A stretch of 64,000 nucleotides of DNA, from positions 1 through 64,000 of the forward strand of contig JBEKDF010000006.1 in assembly GCA_050014495.1 (NCBI GenBank). The letters run 5' to 3'. Position numbers and translations under genes: made by a program. This DNA comes from Candidatus Bathyarchaeia archaeon (GTDB lineage: Archaea > Thermoproteota > Bathyarchaeia > TCS64). The notes below the pieces were generated by a model. It was not told the origin of the DNA and made no database searches. It worked only from the letters and a program-made list of their open reading frames with translations. How positions within the stretch are numbered: position 1 is the first letter of the stretch; each line of letters opens with the position of its first letter. Shown here piece after piece: positions 41,013 to 51,126 of the stretch.

Positions 41013-41669
41013 TTGGATGTGTTTGATTTGGAAAAGCAAAAAATATTAAGAGAGATCAGTGAGGCAGTCACTAACTTCGATGCCGAGAGGGCCACGGAGC
41101 TTTGCAGAGTCGCAATCAGGATGGGAGTACCTCCTTACGAGATAATAGTCAACGGAATGGCGAAGGGAATGGAGGTAGTCAGTAAGAAGTATGAAAACGG
41201 GGACTACTTCCTCTCCGAACTCGTGATGGCGGGGGAGACGATGAAACACGCACTCGAGGTGGTGGAACCTCACTTCATGAAGGATGGTGAGAAACCGAGG
41301 GGTACTGTGGTCATAGGCACAGTTCAGGGGGACCTCCACGACATTGGCAAGCACATCTTTGGTAATTTGCTGAGGGGAGCTGGATTCAAGGTAGTTGATC
41401 TAGGGTTCGACGTTTCTCCAGCCTCCTTCGCCAATGAGGTTGAAAAGACTAAGCCACAGATCCTCGGGATGTCAGCCCTGATAACGACCACTATGCCGAG
41501 TATGGCTGACACAATTGAGGAGTTGAAGAGAAGAGGTCTGAGGGAAGGTTTGAAGGTGATCCTCGGAGGAGCGGCTGTGGATAACGCGTACGCCACTGCA
41601 ATCGGGGCCAACGCCGCTGCGAGGGACGCCATTGAGGGCGTCTCCATCTGCAAGGAGTGGACTAAATAG
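41013..41669 (+). CDS. Methyltransferase cognate corrinoid protein (MtaC/MtbC-like)
   Basis: B12 cap domain (GDYFLSELVMAG), GTVQGDLHDIGK (DxHxxG), GMSALITTT, ILGGA. Confidence 0.93.
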   Translation: MDVFDLEKQKILREISEAVTNFDAERATELCRVAIRMGVPPYEIIVNGMAKGMEVVSKKYENGDYFLSELVMAGETMKHALEVVEPHFMKDGEKPRGTVVIGTVQGDLHDIGKHIFGNLLRGAGFKVVDLGFDVSPASFANEVEKTKPQILGMSALITTTMPSMADTIEELKRRGLREGLKVILGGAAVDNAYATAIGANAAARDAIEGVSICKEWTK

Positions 41670-41700
41670 GGAGAACAAAATTAATTTCTAGAATTGCCCG

Positions 41701-42618
41701 CTAGCTGAGCGTTTGAAGGAAGCTATCGGAGGCCTCCTTCATATTTCTAAGGATTGGCTCAACGAGTTCAGGGGCCGTTAAGCCAAAACCGCAGTCCGGA
41801 TGTATGTATGCGATTTTGTCAACACCTATAGTTCCCGCTATTTTCTTGAGCCGCATCAAAGCGACGTCAGAGTCCTCCAAGGATGTGTTGGAGATGAATC
41901 CTACTCCCAGCTTCTTCCCATCCTCTATTGATATTTTGGAGAGCATCTCCACGTTTTTGGACTCCTGAGCTCTACTGAAGCCAAAGCTAAAGATGTTCAC
42001 ACTCAGGCCAAGTAGTTCACTGATGATGCGGCCAACTGAGCCACATACATGGAGACTCACCCTACCCTCATCCACTGCACTATCTGGCAGTGACGATAGA
42101 AGCTGCTCGGTGTATTTTGGGGACTCGAACTTAGCTGATAGGCCTGGCTCATCGATCTGTAATTGAGCCCCCACCTCAAGTGCCCTTCTAGCCAATGGAA
42201 TCAGGGCGTCTGCACAGTCCTTATATAAGGATTGATCTCTGATGCTACCGTAGCCACTCAACCCACCGATTGCGGATGTCATCCCCAGCGTGACTGGCCC
42301 CGTTAAAGTAATCTTGGCTTTAATGTCCCGCCTATTGAGGACATTCAAGTAGGATGTTACCAGACTGTAATCTCTGATTTTGTAGAAATCGTTCAGATCC
42401 TCCATGGGTCTAATCTTACCTGATACTCTGAGGTCCCTGCTTCCTCTACCTAGACCAGGGATCTGTTCAAAGTACGTAATCATGTCGGCCCTCTGTTCCC
42501 CGTCGGTGACGACCTCTATCCCGTATCTGAGTTGAAGGTCGATTATTTCCCTGACCGATGATTCAAGGCTATTACCCAGCCTTGGGAAACTCCCTATCGT
42601 AGTCCTCTCGATCCCCAT
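41701..42618 (-). CDS. Core (folate-independent) cobalamin-independent methionine synthase family protein
   Basis: TTIGSFPR, TDGEQRADM, TGPVTL, QIDEP, LHVCG and PDCGF; single-barrel length; start ATG 42618. Confidence 0.82.
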   Translation of the reverse strand: MGIERTTIGSFPRLGNSLESSVREIIDLQLRYGIEVVTDGEQRADMITYFEQIPGLGRGSRDLRVSGKIRPMEDLNDFYKIRDYSLVTSYLNVLNRRDIKAKITLTGPVTLGMTSAIGGLSGYGSIRDQSLYKDCADALIPLARRALEVGAQLQIDEPGLSAKFESPKYTEQLLSSLPDSAVDEGRVSLHVCGSVGRIISELLGLSVNIFSFGFSRAQESKNVEMLSKISIEDGKKLGVGFISNTSLEDSDVALMRLKKIAGTIGVDKIAYIHPDCGFGLTAPELVEPILRNMKEASDSFLQTLS

Positions 42619-42766
42619 TACAGGAAGAAGGCTCTTTGTGAAGCATAAAAGCGCGTGTGGTTTGGGACGCGCGACCAACACAAAATCCAAGTGTTTTCTA
42701 ATAGCTATCCTAATATTCTCTGATTTATGATCAATCAACATTGGTTAGCAATAGGGTTGAGATTGC

Positions 42767-43465
42767 TTGAGAGGAGTTCAGGTCTACACTCATCACAATA
42801 TTCGTTTCATAGCCTTACTCGTCTTCATACTACTCGCGACTGCGATATTCATCTTTCTAGGTGCCTTAGAATCCGCATTCTCAAGTTTAGGGATCAGCCC
42901 AGCCACCGTCTTACTCATTCTTGCGGCCACACTAATCGGTAGTGCCATCAACATCCCAATATCCCATATTGAGGCTACGGTTCCGATTATAACCGAGGAG
43001 TATGTCAGCTTCTTTGGCCTTTCCTATAGGATCCCCCAAGTCGTGTACAGCAGAGCTGTAACTCTAGTGGCGGTGAATGTTGGTGGTGCCCTGATACCCT
43101 CAATCGTCTCCCTGTACCTACTGAGCAGGTCGGATGCGACGACTATCCTGTATGGGTTGGTTGGGATCGGTGTCGTGTCAATTGTGAGTCACATCTTCGC
43201 TAGGCCCGTTAGGGGCGTCGGGATAGCGATGCCACCTTTCGTAGCGCCTATCGCTGCTGCGTTGATGGCGATTGTTCTCCCCTCGTCCTCACCTTCCACC
43301 GTCGCCTACGTTTCTGGCGTGTTCGGTACACTGATAGGTGCTGACTTGACGAACCTAAGCGTTATACCCGAGCTCGGCTCCCCGATTGCAAGCATAGGTG
43401 GAGCGGGGACCTTTGACGGTGTCTTCCTCAGTGGAATAATTGCTGTGCTTATTGTTGGGCTATAA
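42767..43465 (+). CDS. DUF1614 family membrane protein
   Basis: GSAINIP, AVNVGGALIP, GTLIGADL and SIGGAGTFDGVFL motifs. Confidence 0.9.
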   Translation: MRGVQVYTHHNIRFIALLVFILLATAIFIFLGALESAFSSLGISPATVLLILAATLIGSAINIPISHIEATVPIITEEYVSFFGLSYRIPQVVYSRAVTLVAVNVGGALIPSIVSLYLLSRSDATTILYGLVGIGVVSIVSHIFARPVRGVGIAMPPFVAPIAAALMAIVLPSSSPSTVAYVSGVFGTLIGADLTNLSVIPELGSPIASIGGAGTFDGVFLSGIIAVLIVGL

Positions 43466-43666
43466 CCAGTATAGTCCAGGTGGCATCGCGCTGCCAAAAA
43501 TTCACTAAACCGGCGATCGCATCCATGAGGAGTAACTGAAGTCATATGTACTGATTTTAATAACTTCGCACCTACGATTCTGTATCCTGAAATAACGTAT
43601 ATAGTTGATTCAACAACTGTATCCAATCAGTCTTTGTAAATCCAGTGTGTATTCTGGGATGAAAAA

Positions 43667-44458
43667 ATGGCTTCTCCAGACGTCACGGAAAAAGAGTCAC
43701 AGGATGAGTTAGAGACTACCCCCGAAACAATTCTGAGAGTAAGCGACCTCACCAAGAAGTTCGGAGACTTCACCGCGGTTGACCACATAAACTTTGAGAT
43801 CCATAAGGGGGAGGTATTTGGGCTACTTGGCCATAATGGTGCGGGTAAGACAACGACGGTTAACATGCTCGCTGGTCTTAAGCTTCCAACTGAAGGCACG
43901 GCCACGATTTCTGGGTTCGACATAAGGAAGAGTCCCTTGGATGCTCGGATGAGGATCGGGTTCCTACCAGATAACCCGGGTAATTACCTCCACCTCACAG
44001 CAAAGCAGAACCTGGAATTTTTCGCCGAGCTTTCAGACCTAAAGAAGGATGAGGCTTCGAAGCGAATTGCTGAGTTGCTTGAGTTGGTTGGGCTGACAGA
44101 GTGGCGCGACAAGAAGGTGGGTGTATTTAGCAGGGGAATGAAGCAGCGCCTCGGACTCGCCCAGAGCCTAATGAGGGATCCTGATATGCTCTTCTTGGAT
44201 GAGCCCACCCTCGGAATCGACCCCGAGGGAACAAGACAGATGCGTGGGTTGATTAAAAAATTAGCTGGAGAGGGAAAGGGCATTCTGATCTGCAGCCATT
44301 TACTGACCGAAGTAAGTAGGATCTGTAAAACGATAGCAATCATGAGGCACGGCAAAATAATAATTATGGGTACCATCCCGGAGTTGAGGAAGAAGCTTGG
44401 ACTGGGTGATGATATCGATCTGGAGGAAATCTTCATTCAAGTCCATGAGGGTGAGTGA
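43667..44458 (+). CDS. ABC transporter ATP-binding protein (CcmA-like)
   Basis: GHNGAGKTT, FSRGMKQR, FLDEPT, SH. Confidence 0.95.
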   Translation: MASPDVTEKESQDELETTPETILRVSDLTKKFGDFTAVDHINFEIHKGEVFGLLGHNGAGKTTTVNMLAGLKLPTEGTATISGFDIRKSPLDARMRIGFLPDNPGNYLHLTAKQNLEFFAELSDLKKDEASKRIAELLELVGLTEWRDKKVGVFSRGMKQRLGLAQSLMRDPDMLFLDEPTLGIDPEGTRQMRGLIKKLAGEGKGILICSHLLTEVSRICKTIAIMRHGKIIIMGTIPELRKKLGLGDDIDLEEIFIQVHEGE

Positions 44459-45430
44459 TTGCCGGGAATTCTCACAATCGCCAAGAAGGAGTTCATGGAT
44501 CATGTCTCTGATCAGACCTTTCTGCTCTGCTTTGGAACGCTTCTCATCGTTATGGTTGCCTCAACGTTCTATCAGCTGGACTATATTCATCAGCAATGGG
44601 TCAACTTGGTTCCTAACGTGGGCTTTATTGAAAGCGAACTATGGAAGGATAATCAAAGCTCCGAGATGCTTCAGACCGTCTTAACTGAGAATATATCCTC
44701 CCTAGGCGCCCTTGTAGCCATCGCTCTGAGCTTCAACTCAATCAATAAGGAGCGTACAGAGGGGAGTCTAAAGGTCCTTCTCTCCTATCCTATTAGTAAA
44801 GCCAAGATAATTCTTGGTAAGCTACTTGGAGGAATCCTGGTCATCATCATAGTCGTCCTAACTTCTTTCGCCATTTCCTTGAGTATTGAGATGTATTCTT
44901 TGTCGATACCTCTCTCGGGGGAGGTCGCGCTTAGGCTGGCCACCATCATAGGGCTTGGGATAGTTCTCCTTGTGTTCTTCCTGTGCCTCGGCACAGCCGT
45001 GTCGATCGTTGTGCGAGACCCATCCACATGCCTCATAAGCCTGCTAGTCATCTCCACCCTCCTTCAAGTCAACACCATAGCAATGATCCTAGTGACAATT
45101 GGCAATATATTCCCAAGGTCCCTTACCATCAATGGGGGCCGCACCGGTCTACAGTACTCTCCAAGCACATATAGTTGGCAGAGACCCACGGTGCTCACGC
45201 TAATAGATAAAAACTGGCTTAGGGTATCGCCTGTCCTCGCCTACCGCACTGTGTCCGATAATATATTTCACTTCCAGAACGTCTTCACTACGGGTGTAGT
45301 AGAGATCGTCCCAATCGAATTCTGGTGGCTACTGCCTAGGAACATCAATCTCATGTATACGCCTGTCATCTACATGGTTGTAGCATTCCTGGCGTGCATA
45401 GTCCTCTTCCAATGGAGGGACGTTGATTGA
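44459..45430 (+). CDS. ABC-2 type permease
   Basis: IAKKEF; FNSINKERTEGSLKVLLSYP..IILGK. Confidence 0.9.
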   Translation: MPGILTIAKKEFMDHVSDQTFLLCFGTLLIVMVASTFYQLDYIHQQWVNLVPNVGFIESELWKDNQSSEMLQTVLTENISSLGALVAIALSFNSINKERTEGSLKVLLSYPISKAKIILGKLLGGILVIIIVVLTSFAISLSIEMYSLSIPLSGEVALRLATIIGLGIVLLVFFLCLGTAVSIVVRDPSTCLISLLVISTLLQVNTIAMILVTIGNIFPRSLTINGGRTGLQYSPSTYSWQRPTVLTLIDKNWLRVSPVLAYRTVSDNIFHFQNVFTTGVVEIVPIEFWWLLPRNINLMYTPVIYMVVAFLACIVLFQWRDVD

Positions 45431-45477
45431 GTAGGGCTTCGCATTCGAGTGAGCGCGATGACTTGGGGGAGCCTTAG

Positions 45478-46380
45478 ATGCCGGGGATAATCACAATCAT
45501 TAAGAAAGAGATCTCTGACGCGGTGACGAACAGGTCATTTTTACTCTCCTTCGGGATCCTCGTTCTATGCATGGTTATAGCAGGCTTCGCATCTGGAAAC
45601 GCATTCAACTCACAGCGTTTCGTGGCATCTAAAGATAGGTTGCTGATTTTACGGGAGATCGCTCCAATCATCACTCAGCTAGGCGCGCTAGTATCAGTGG
45701 CCCTGGGCTTCAACTCTATTAATAAGGAGAGACCTGAGGGGAGTCTCAAAGTTGTGCTATCCTACCCAATCTACCGGGATCAAATCATCTTGGGGAAACT
45801 CTTGGGCAACTTGGTAATTACCACAATAGCGACAACCGCTTCGATGGGAATATCTCTGGCGCTTTATCTGCAGATGACGAAGATTGTTCTGGACTCTGAG
45901 ACGTTGGTCCGCTATTCTACATTGATTCTTCTAGCTATACTTCTGCTTGGTGGTTATCTCGGGCTGAGTATCCTTCTCTCGGCCTCCATTGAGGACCCTA
46001 AGACTACGCTGTTAGTCACATTCCTCTTTTTGGGTATTTTCAACTCAGAAACCCTATTCTCGTATGGGCAGATCTTCTCCAACCTCGTATATGGTAACAT
46101 ACCAAGGGTTTGGGGACTCGGAGGATCCGTCCCAGTATACGCCCCAGCGAAGGCGCTTCAAGACTTTATATCCAGTCTCTCCCCAGCGTATGACTTTACA
46201 GCCTTCTCAACGAATCTGAGTAATTATCTTCAGCCCATTACCACAAATGGGGTTGTGATCAACTCGAGTTTTTGGGATCTGATTACGAACAACCTCGTAT
46301 ACCTACCAATCTTAATCGTTTTACCACTTGCTACCTTCATTGGTTGCTATGTAATATTCACGAGGACAGACATCTCATAG
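45478..46380 (+). CDS. ABC-2 type permease (paralog of the preceding gene)
   Basis: FNSINKERPEGSLKVVLSYP..IILGK. Confidence 0.9.
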   Translation: MPGIITIIKKEISDAVTNRSFLLSFGILVLCMVIAGFASGNAFNSQRFVASKDRLLILREIAPIITQLGALVSVALGFNSINKERPEGSLKVVLSYPIYRDQIILGKLLGNLVITTIATTASMGISLALYLQMTKIVLDSETLVRYSTLILLAILLLGGYLGLSILLSASIEDPKTTLLVTFLFLGIFNSETLFSYGQIFSNLVYGNIPRVWGLGGSVPVYAPAKALQDFISSLSPAYDFTAFSTNLSNYLQPITTNGVVINSSFWDLITNNLVYLPILIVLPLATFIGCYVIFTRTDIS

Positions 46381-46448
46381 AGATTCATCGATTATTCACA
46401 CTTTTCGTTATGCAAATTCGTATATAACCAATTTGTGACTTACGCATT

Positions 46449-48251
46449 ATGGGTTTCTCTAGAAGTTTTGGTCAACCTAAGCGGAACCTAAGTAAAAATT
46501 TCCATTGTATGATTGCTTTCCTTTTCCTAATCGTGCTGATAGTTCAATTGACTGCGACAACGAAGGCTGATTCCTACAATTTCCATGGCATAATTGTGGA
46601 TGAAGATGGCAGCCCGCTGTCAAATGTGGCGATTCAGGTCTATGATATGCTTAAAGTGTCAAGCCAGAATAGTCAGAACGGCTATTACGTAACGACTGCA
46701 TTAACCCAAAGTGATGGCTCATATAGGATAGATCTGTACAGTGGCACATTCAAACTTGTATTTGATAAGGATGGCTACGTGACGCAGACGAAGATATTGG
46801 GGTTCACCACTGTGCAAGATGTTGACCTCGGGAGTACTAAACTGATAAGGAGTGTCTCGGTCACACTGACTACAATCGAGCGGACGGCTTCTCCGGGATC
46901 GATCCTCATAGTTCCTATAACGATCGCTAATGTCGGAGACCGAGATGAATCTGTCCAGTTGATGACATTCAACAAGGCTAATTGGACCTCAACTATTCTG
47001 GATAATATAGGTGAGGTGGATGCCGTAACCTTGAAGGCTGGGATGTCCACGCAGTTGAACCTTAGGGTCATAATCCCCGTGGACGCTTCTGGGAGTACTA
47101 TTGTTAATGTAACCGCAGTGGGTGCAGCTTCGGTCAAATCCTCCCTTAAAATCACTGTTGTAGGAGGATTTTCGCACTTTGTTACTTGTCAGTACCCATC
47201 GAGTGTGACCTCACCTGGAGCGGAGGTTTCCTACAAGGTTGTTGTCACCAATCCTTATCCATACCCGGTTGAGGCGATGTTCACATTGAGTGGAGTATCG
47301 AATGATTGGAACCCGTTGATATTGAATGATGCGAAGACGGAGATTCAGTCCACGAACATAGCCAGTGGGGGGTCAAGTGAGATCACAATTATAGTTGATG
47401 TCCCGCAGACGATTACTGCGAATACTACCGCTACTTTAGAGCTTCGGACCAGCCTTGGTGGACTACTTGATACTACTCCTCTAAGCCTCGTCGTTCAACA
47501 TAGACTGTTGACGTTAGGTATCAAGACGAGTTACCCTATTCAAACAATAGAACTTGGTAAGACTGCATCGTTTCCAATCACATTGACTAACCCAGGGGAG
47601 ACGGATGAGACTCTGAGTCTTTCTATGGATAACCTGCCGGCCAAGTGGAGTGGAAGCTTCACGACGGAAGATGGTGGGGCGATTCAGTCAATACTTATCG
47701 ATGCCCGCTCGAGTGTGAATCTTTACGCTGTATTCAAACCCAACATCGATGCGGAGCCATTGGTCTATAACATCATTGTTAAGGCGATTTCAACTAATCT
47801 CAATGGGACCCTGCCTCTCAGAGTTGATCTGGTCGGGAACACGGATATGAAATTAGTAGTCGCCAACCTCTACGGCCAGATGAATGTGGGAGACACAAAG
47901 CAGATTCAGGTGACCCTGGAGAACACAGGCTACTCAATCATCTCCTACCCTGTGTTACTCACATCAGCCTCCGTAGACTCAATTGTAGTCTCATACTCCC
48001 CAATCGACGTAATCACGATTGCACCGGGTCAGTCACAGGTATTTACGCTCACAATTACTGCAAACGAGGGAACCGCCCAAGGTGATTATATCATTGAGGT
48101 CAGAGGGTCCAGCCCCCAGATTCTGACAGACCCTGTCGATATTCGTATGACAGTAGCTGCAAGCGGGTCACAAACGCTGATAATTGCAGGTGTACTCATC
48201 TTAGCATTTGCCTCAATACTGCTTGTGTATAGAAAATTTAGGAGAAGATGA
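46449..48251 (+). CDS. Membrane-anchored surface protein with carboxypeptidase-regulatory-like and NEW3-like Ig domains
   Basis: Signal peptide, DEDGSPLSNV..DGSY..KDGY, repeated NxG..LP..W Ig-like units, C-terminal TM plus KFRRR. Confidence 0.8.
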   Translation: MGFSRSFGQPKRNLSKNFHCMIAFLFLIVLIVQLTATTKADSYNFHGIIVDEDGSPLSNVAIQVYDMLKVSSQNSQNGYYVTTALTQSDGSYRIDLYSGTFKLVFDKDGYVTQTKILGFTTVQDVDLGSTKLIRSVSVTLTTIERTASPGSILIVPITIANVGDRDESVQLMTFNKANWTSTILDNIGEVDAVTLKAGMSTQLNLRVIIPVDASGSTIVNVTAVGAASVKSSLKITVVGGFSHFVTCQYPSSVTSPGAEVSYKVVVTNPYPYPVEAMFTLSGVSNDWNPLILNDAKTEIQSTNIASGGSSEITIIVDVPQTITANTTATLELRTSLGGLLDTTPLSLVVQHRLLTLGIKTSYPIQTIELGKTASFPITLTNPGETDETLSLSMDNLPAKWSGSFTTEDGGAIQSILIDARSSVNLYAVFKPNIDAEPLVYNIIVKAISTNLNGTLPLRVDLVGNTDMKLVVANLYGQMNVGDTKQIQVTLENTGYSIISYPVLLTSASVDSIVVSYSPIDVITIAPGQSQVFTLTITANEGTAQGDYIIEVRGSSPQILTDPVDIRMTVAASGSQTLIIAGVLILAFASILLVYRKFRRR

Positions 48252-48374
48252 TTTAGAGAACGGCCACATGCACCTATTTCTAGTTAACATTAACCAGTTT
48301 TCTATCAGACTTCTCTTCTTGGCCTGTAATCAGTTTTTATCTTAGGTGCAGCTTCACCGTCTCTAAGTGACCCC

Positions 48375-49601
48375 TTGGACAAACAAAGGCAAATTGGTAT
48401 CATGATACTGGCGACCATCTGCATCACCTACCTCGTCGAGAACTTCCTTAGGAATGCGGCACCAGCTCTAACACCAGTGCTAATAACTGAACTCGGCATT
48501 AGCCGAGGGGCGATGGGCTTCCTCATCACAGGGTACTATCTAATCTATGGCGTGATGCAGTTCCCAGCAGGTTTTCTAGAACACCTGATGGGCCCCCGAA
48601 GATCCATAATTGGGTTCACCGCTATGACGTGTATAGGCAGCATCCTATTCTGGATGAGCTACCGATACGAGCTCCTATTCGCTGCACAATTCATTATGGG
48701 TGTGGGAACAAGCGTATTCTACATAAACGCGGTAACGCTCATAACCCAATGGTTTCCACTCCAAAGAAGAGCAACTGCGATAGGCATCCTGAGCGCAAGC
48801 AGCGGCGTCGGCGCCTTCGCATGCTACATGGGGCTGCCCCTCGCATCCACACTATGGGGCAACTGGAGGACCCTCTTCCTCGTAATTATAGGTGTGCTAA
48901 TCCTCAACTGGGCAATGAACTATTTCATAATCAAAGACAGCCCCAATGACCCCGAACCCACCCCTAAGACTGGATTAAACATCAAAGCCTCCTTCAGAGA
49001 GGTACTATTCAATCGGGGATTCTACCCGCCTCTCCTCGGCTTCACCATGATGGGGTTCATCTTCGTCCTCTACTCTTGGATAAACCAATTCCTAATCGAG
49101 GACAAGGGCCTCACTTACATTGAGGCGGGAACTGTGAGTAGCATCGGAACGATCGCCGGATTCCTCGGATGCCTACTGATAGGAGTAATCAGCGACAGGC
49201 TCAAGGGGAGAAAACTGCCCGTCCTCTTATTCCTTGGGGCTGACCTCCTACTACTAGGTATACTGATCTTTCTTCCCGCCGAGCTCCCCCTAGCCATCTA
49301 CGCCACAATCTGGTTCGCCATGGGCATATGCGGAAGTGTCTGGATCCTGTTCTTCAGCATGGTGAGCGAGGTCCTGCCACCAGAGAAGGCTGGGATTGGC
49401 CTAGGGATGCTAAATGGGTTGAGTACAATTCTCTCAAGCCTAGCGACCCCCATCTATGGGGCTCTGGTAGATGTGACAGGCAGCTACTTGATACCCAACG
49501 GCATCTCGCTTGTGCTAGGTATATTAACCATGATAATACTCGCATTCACTATGAAGGAGACCTACAGTGTTACAGCTCTACCTACACCACCTTCAGATTG
49601 A
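48375..49601 (+). CDS. MFS transporter (UhpC/ACS-like)
   Basis: YGVMQFPAG, WFP..RATAIG, SDRLKGRK. Confidence 0.9.
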   Translation: MDKQRQIGIMILATICITYLVENFLRNAAPALTPVLITELGISRGAMGFLITGYYLIYGVMQFPAGFLEHLMGPRRSIIGFTAMTCIGSILFWMSYRYELLFAAQFIMGVGTSVFYINAVTLITQWFPLQRRATAIGILSASSGVGAFACYMGLPLASTLWGNWRTLFLVIIGVLILNWAMNYFIIKDSPNDPEPTPKTGLNIKASFREVLFNRGFYPPLLGFTMMGFIFVLYSWINQFLIEDKGLTYIEAGTVSSIGTIAGFLGCLLIGVISDRLKGRKLPVLLFLGADLLLLGILIFLPAELPLAIYATIWFAMGICGSVWILFFSMVSEVLPPEKAGIGLGMLNGLSTILSSLATPIYGALVDVTGSYLIPNGISLVLGILTMIILAFTMKETYSVTALPTPPSD

Positions 49602-49717
49602 GAACCGTAGAAGCAGTGCATCGTAGGTGACTCGTGCAATATTCCAGAGTTTGATGTAAGACTCGCGCGATAAAAAAAATAAAATAGACACTCGAGTATT
49701 ACTATTTGAGATTTGTA

Positions 49718-50200
49718 ATGATAGGTTCTGAGTTCCTGTTTTCCATATTCTTGTGGTTTGTGCGCGCGTTTCTATCCAGCATCGTTTGTTTGATTATTGG
49801 GCTTCTCGGGATGCGTATGCTCTCATTTGAGACGACGAGAATCAGAGAGTTCGAGAGTATCAAGGGGCACCCTCTCGCGACTAGCCTTTTCCTCGGTGGC
49901 TTCTTCGTGTATGCTGGTTTGGTAATTTATGGTTCGATGGTTAATCCATTCTTCTTATCGCAATCTGTTTCTTTAGGCACATTCTTTAACGTTGAGAGGT
50001 TCCTGATAGTGATTCTAAGCTTCCTTGTGAGCTTCATTTTCGGGAGTTTATTCTATTACGTATTCTCAAAACTCAAATTGTTCAATGTGGATTTAGATGA
50101 TATTAACAAACATCCGGTTGCTGTTGGGGTTTTCCTTTTTTGTTACCAGGTATTCCTTGGTTTGATTATTTTAGCCAGCCTTAACATACCATTAGGATAA
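49718..50200 (+). CDS. DUF350-like 4-TM membrane protein
   Basis: Two internal repeats (IKGHPLATSLFL / INKHPVAVGVFL) preceding TM helices. Confidence 0.55.
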   Translation: MIGSEFLFSIFLWFVRAFLSSIVCLIIGLLGMRMLSFETTRIREFESIKGHPLATSLFLGGFFVYAGLVIYGSMVNPFFLSQSVSLGTFFNVERFLIVILSFLVSFIFGSLFYYVFSKLKLFNVDLDDINKHPVAVGVFLFCYQVFLGLIILASLNIPLG

Positions 50201-50211
50201 ACCTGATAGCT

Positions 50212-51030
50212 ATGACATTATTAAAAACTTCAACTGTCTTCTTCCTCATAATACTCATTTTTGTGCCTCAAGCAAAAGCGATTACCAGTGGTGGAGTGAT
50301 CCCGCCAACATTCACACACAAATCGGGAAATTGGTTCGACAGTTTCGGCCTCACACGTGACAACGCTGATGGAAACGATGGCTATCTCCCCAAACTCGAG
50401 TCGGAAACCATCGGAGTCAATAAGGAATTAGCGTACAGCATCGGTGAGAAATTCAAAGACTCGTACACTGACCGAAACGCGATAGCTGAGGCGATTCTGA
50501 AATATGTCCAGACTTGGACTCAGTACGGATACGACTCCGATAACGTTGTCATGGGAGGTGAGGCTCAGGAAGAGTGGGCTTGGAACGCAGATGAGATGGC
50601 ACATAACTTCAACGAGACCACGGGTACGGTGGCTATCGGGGACTGTGAGGACTTGGCGTTTCTCTGCGCGACTATATATGATGGAGCCGGGTTCGAGACG
50701 GCTATGATTAGTGCTCCCGGGCATTGCGCGCTCTTGATATGGTTACCCGATTATCAGAATGCGAACGTGTACTGGACCCTATCCGATGATAGTCGGGGTG
50801 CAGGCTGGATCTGGGTGGAGTCGACAGGCTCTCAGAATCCTCTAGGATGGACCCCTTCTGACTTCTTTGACGGAGATTGGACAGCCTACACATTATCAAA
50901 CGGTGTCTATAATGCACAGACACCAGTCGTATCCGATACTTCGTCTACAGGGGGATCTGATAACTTGGATTTACTCATAGCTATTGGATTCTTCATACTT
51001 GTCATCCTGTCCAGGATGTTTCGAATTTAA
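50212..51030 (+). CDS. Secreted, C-terminally anchored transglutaminase-like cysteine protease
   Basis: Signal peptide; GDCEDLA (Cys), PGHCA (His), WVEST (Glu); C-terminal TM. Confidence 0.72.
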   Translation: MTLLKTSTVFFLIILIFVPQAKAITSGGVIPPTFTHKSGNWFDSFGLTRDNADGNDGYLPKLESETIGVNKELAYSIGEKFKDSYTDRNAIAEAILKYVQTWTQYGYDSDNVVMGGEAQEEWAWNADEMAHNFNETTGTVAIGDCEDLAFLCATIYDGAGFETAMISAPGHCALLIWLPDYQNANVYWTLSDDSRGAGWIWVESTGSQNPLGWTPSDFFDGDWTAYTLSNGVYNAQTPVVSDTSSTGGSDNLDLLIAIGFFILVILSRMFRI

Positions 51031-51126
51031 CCCTTGACCTTTGGTTTACTCGCGCAATTTGAATGAGCCAAGCGTGCATTAGGTAACAGGCGTAAAGGTA
51101 TTATCTAAATCGCTCATTATTACTCT

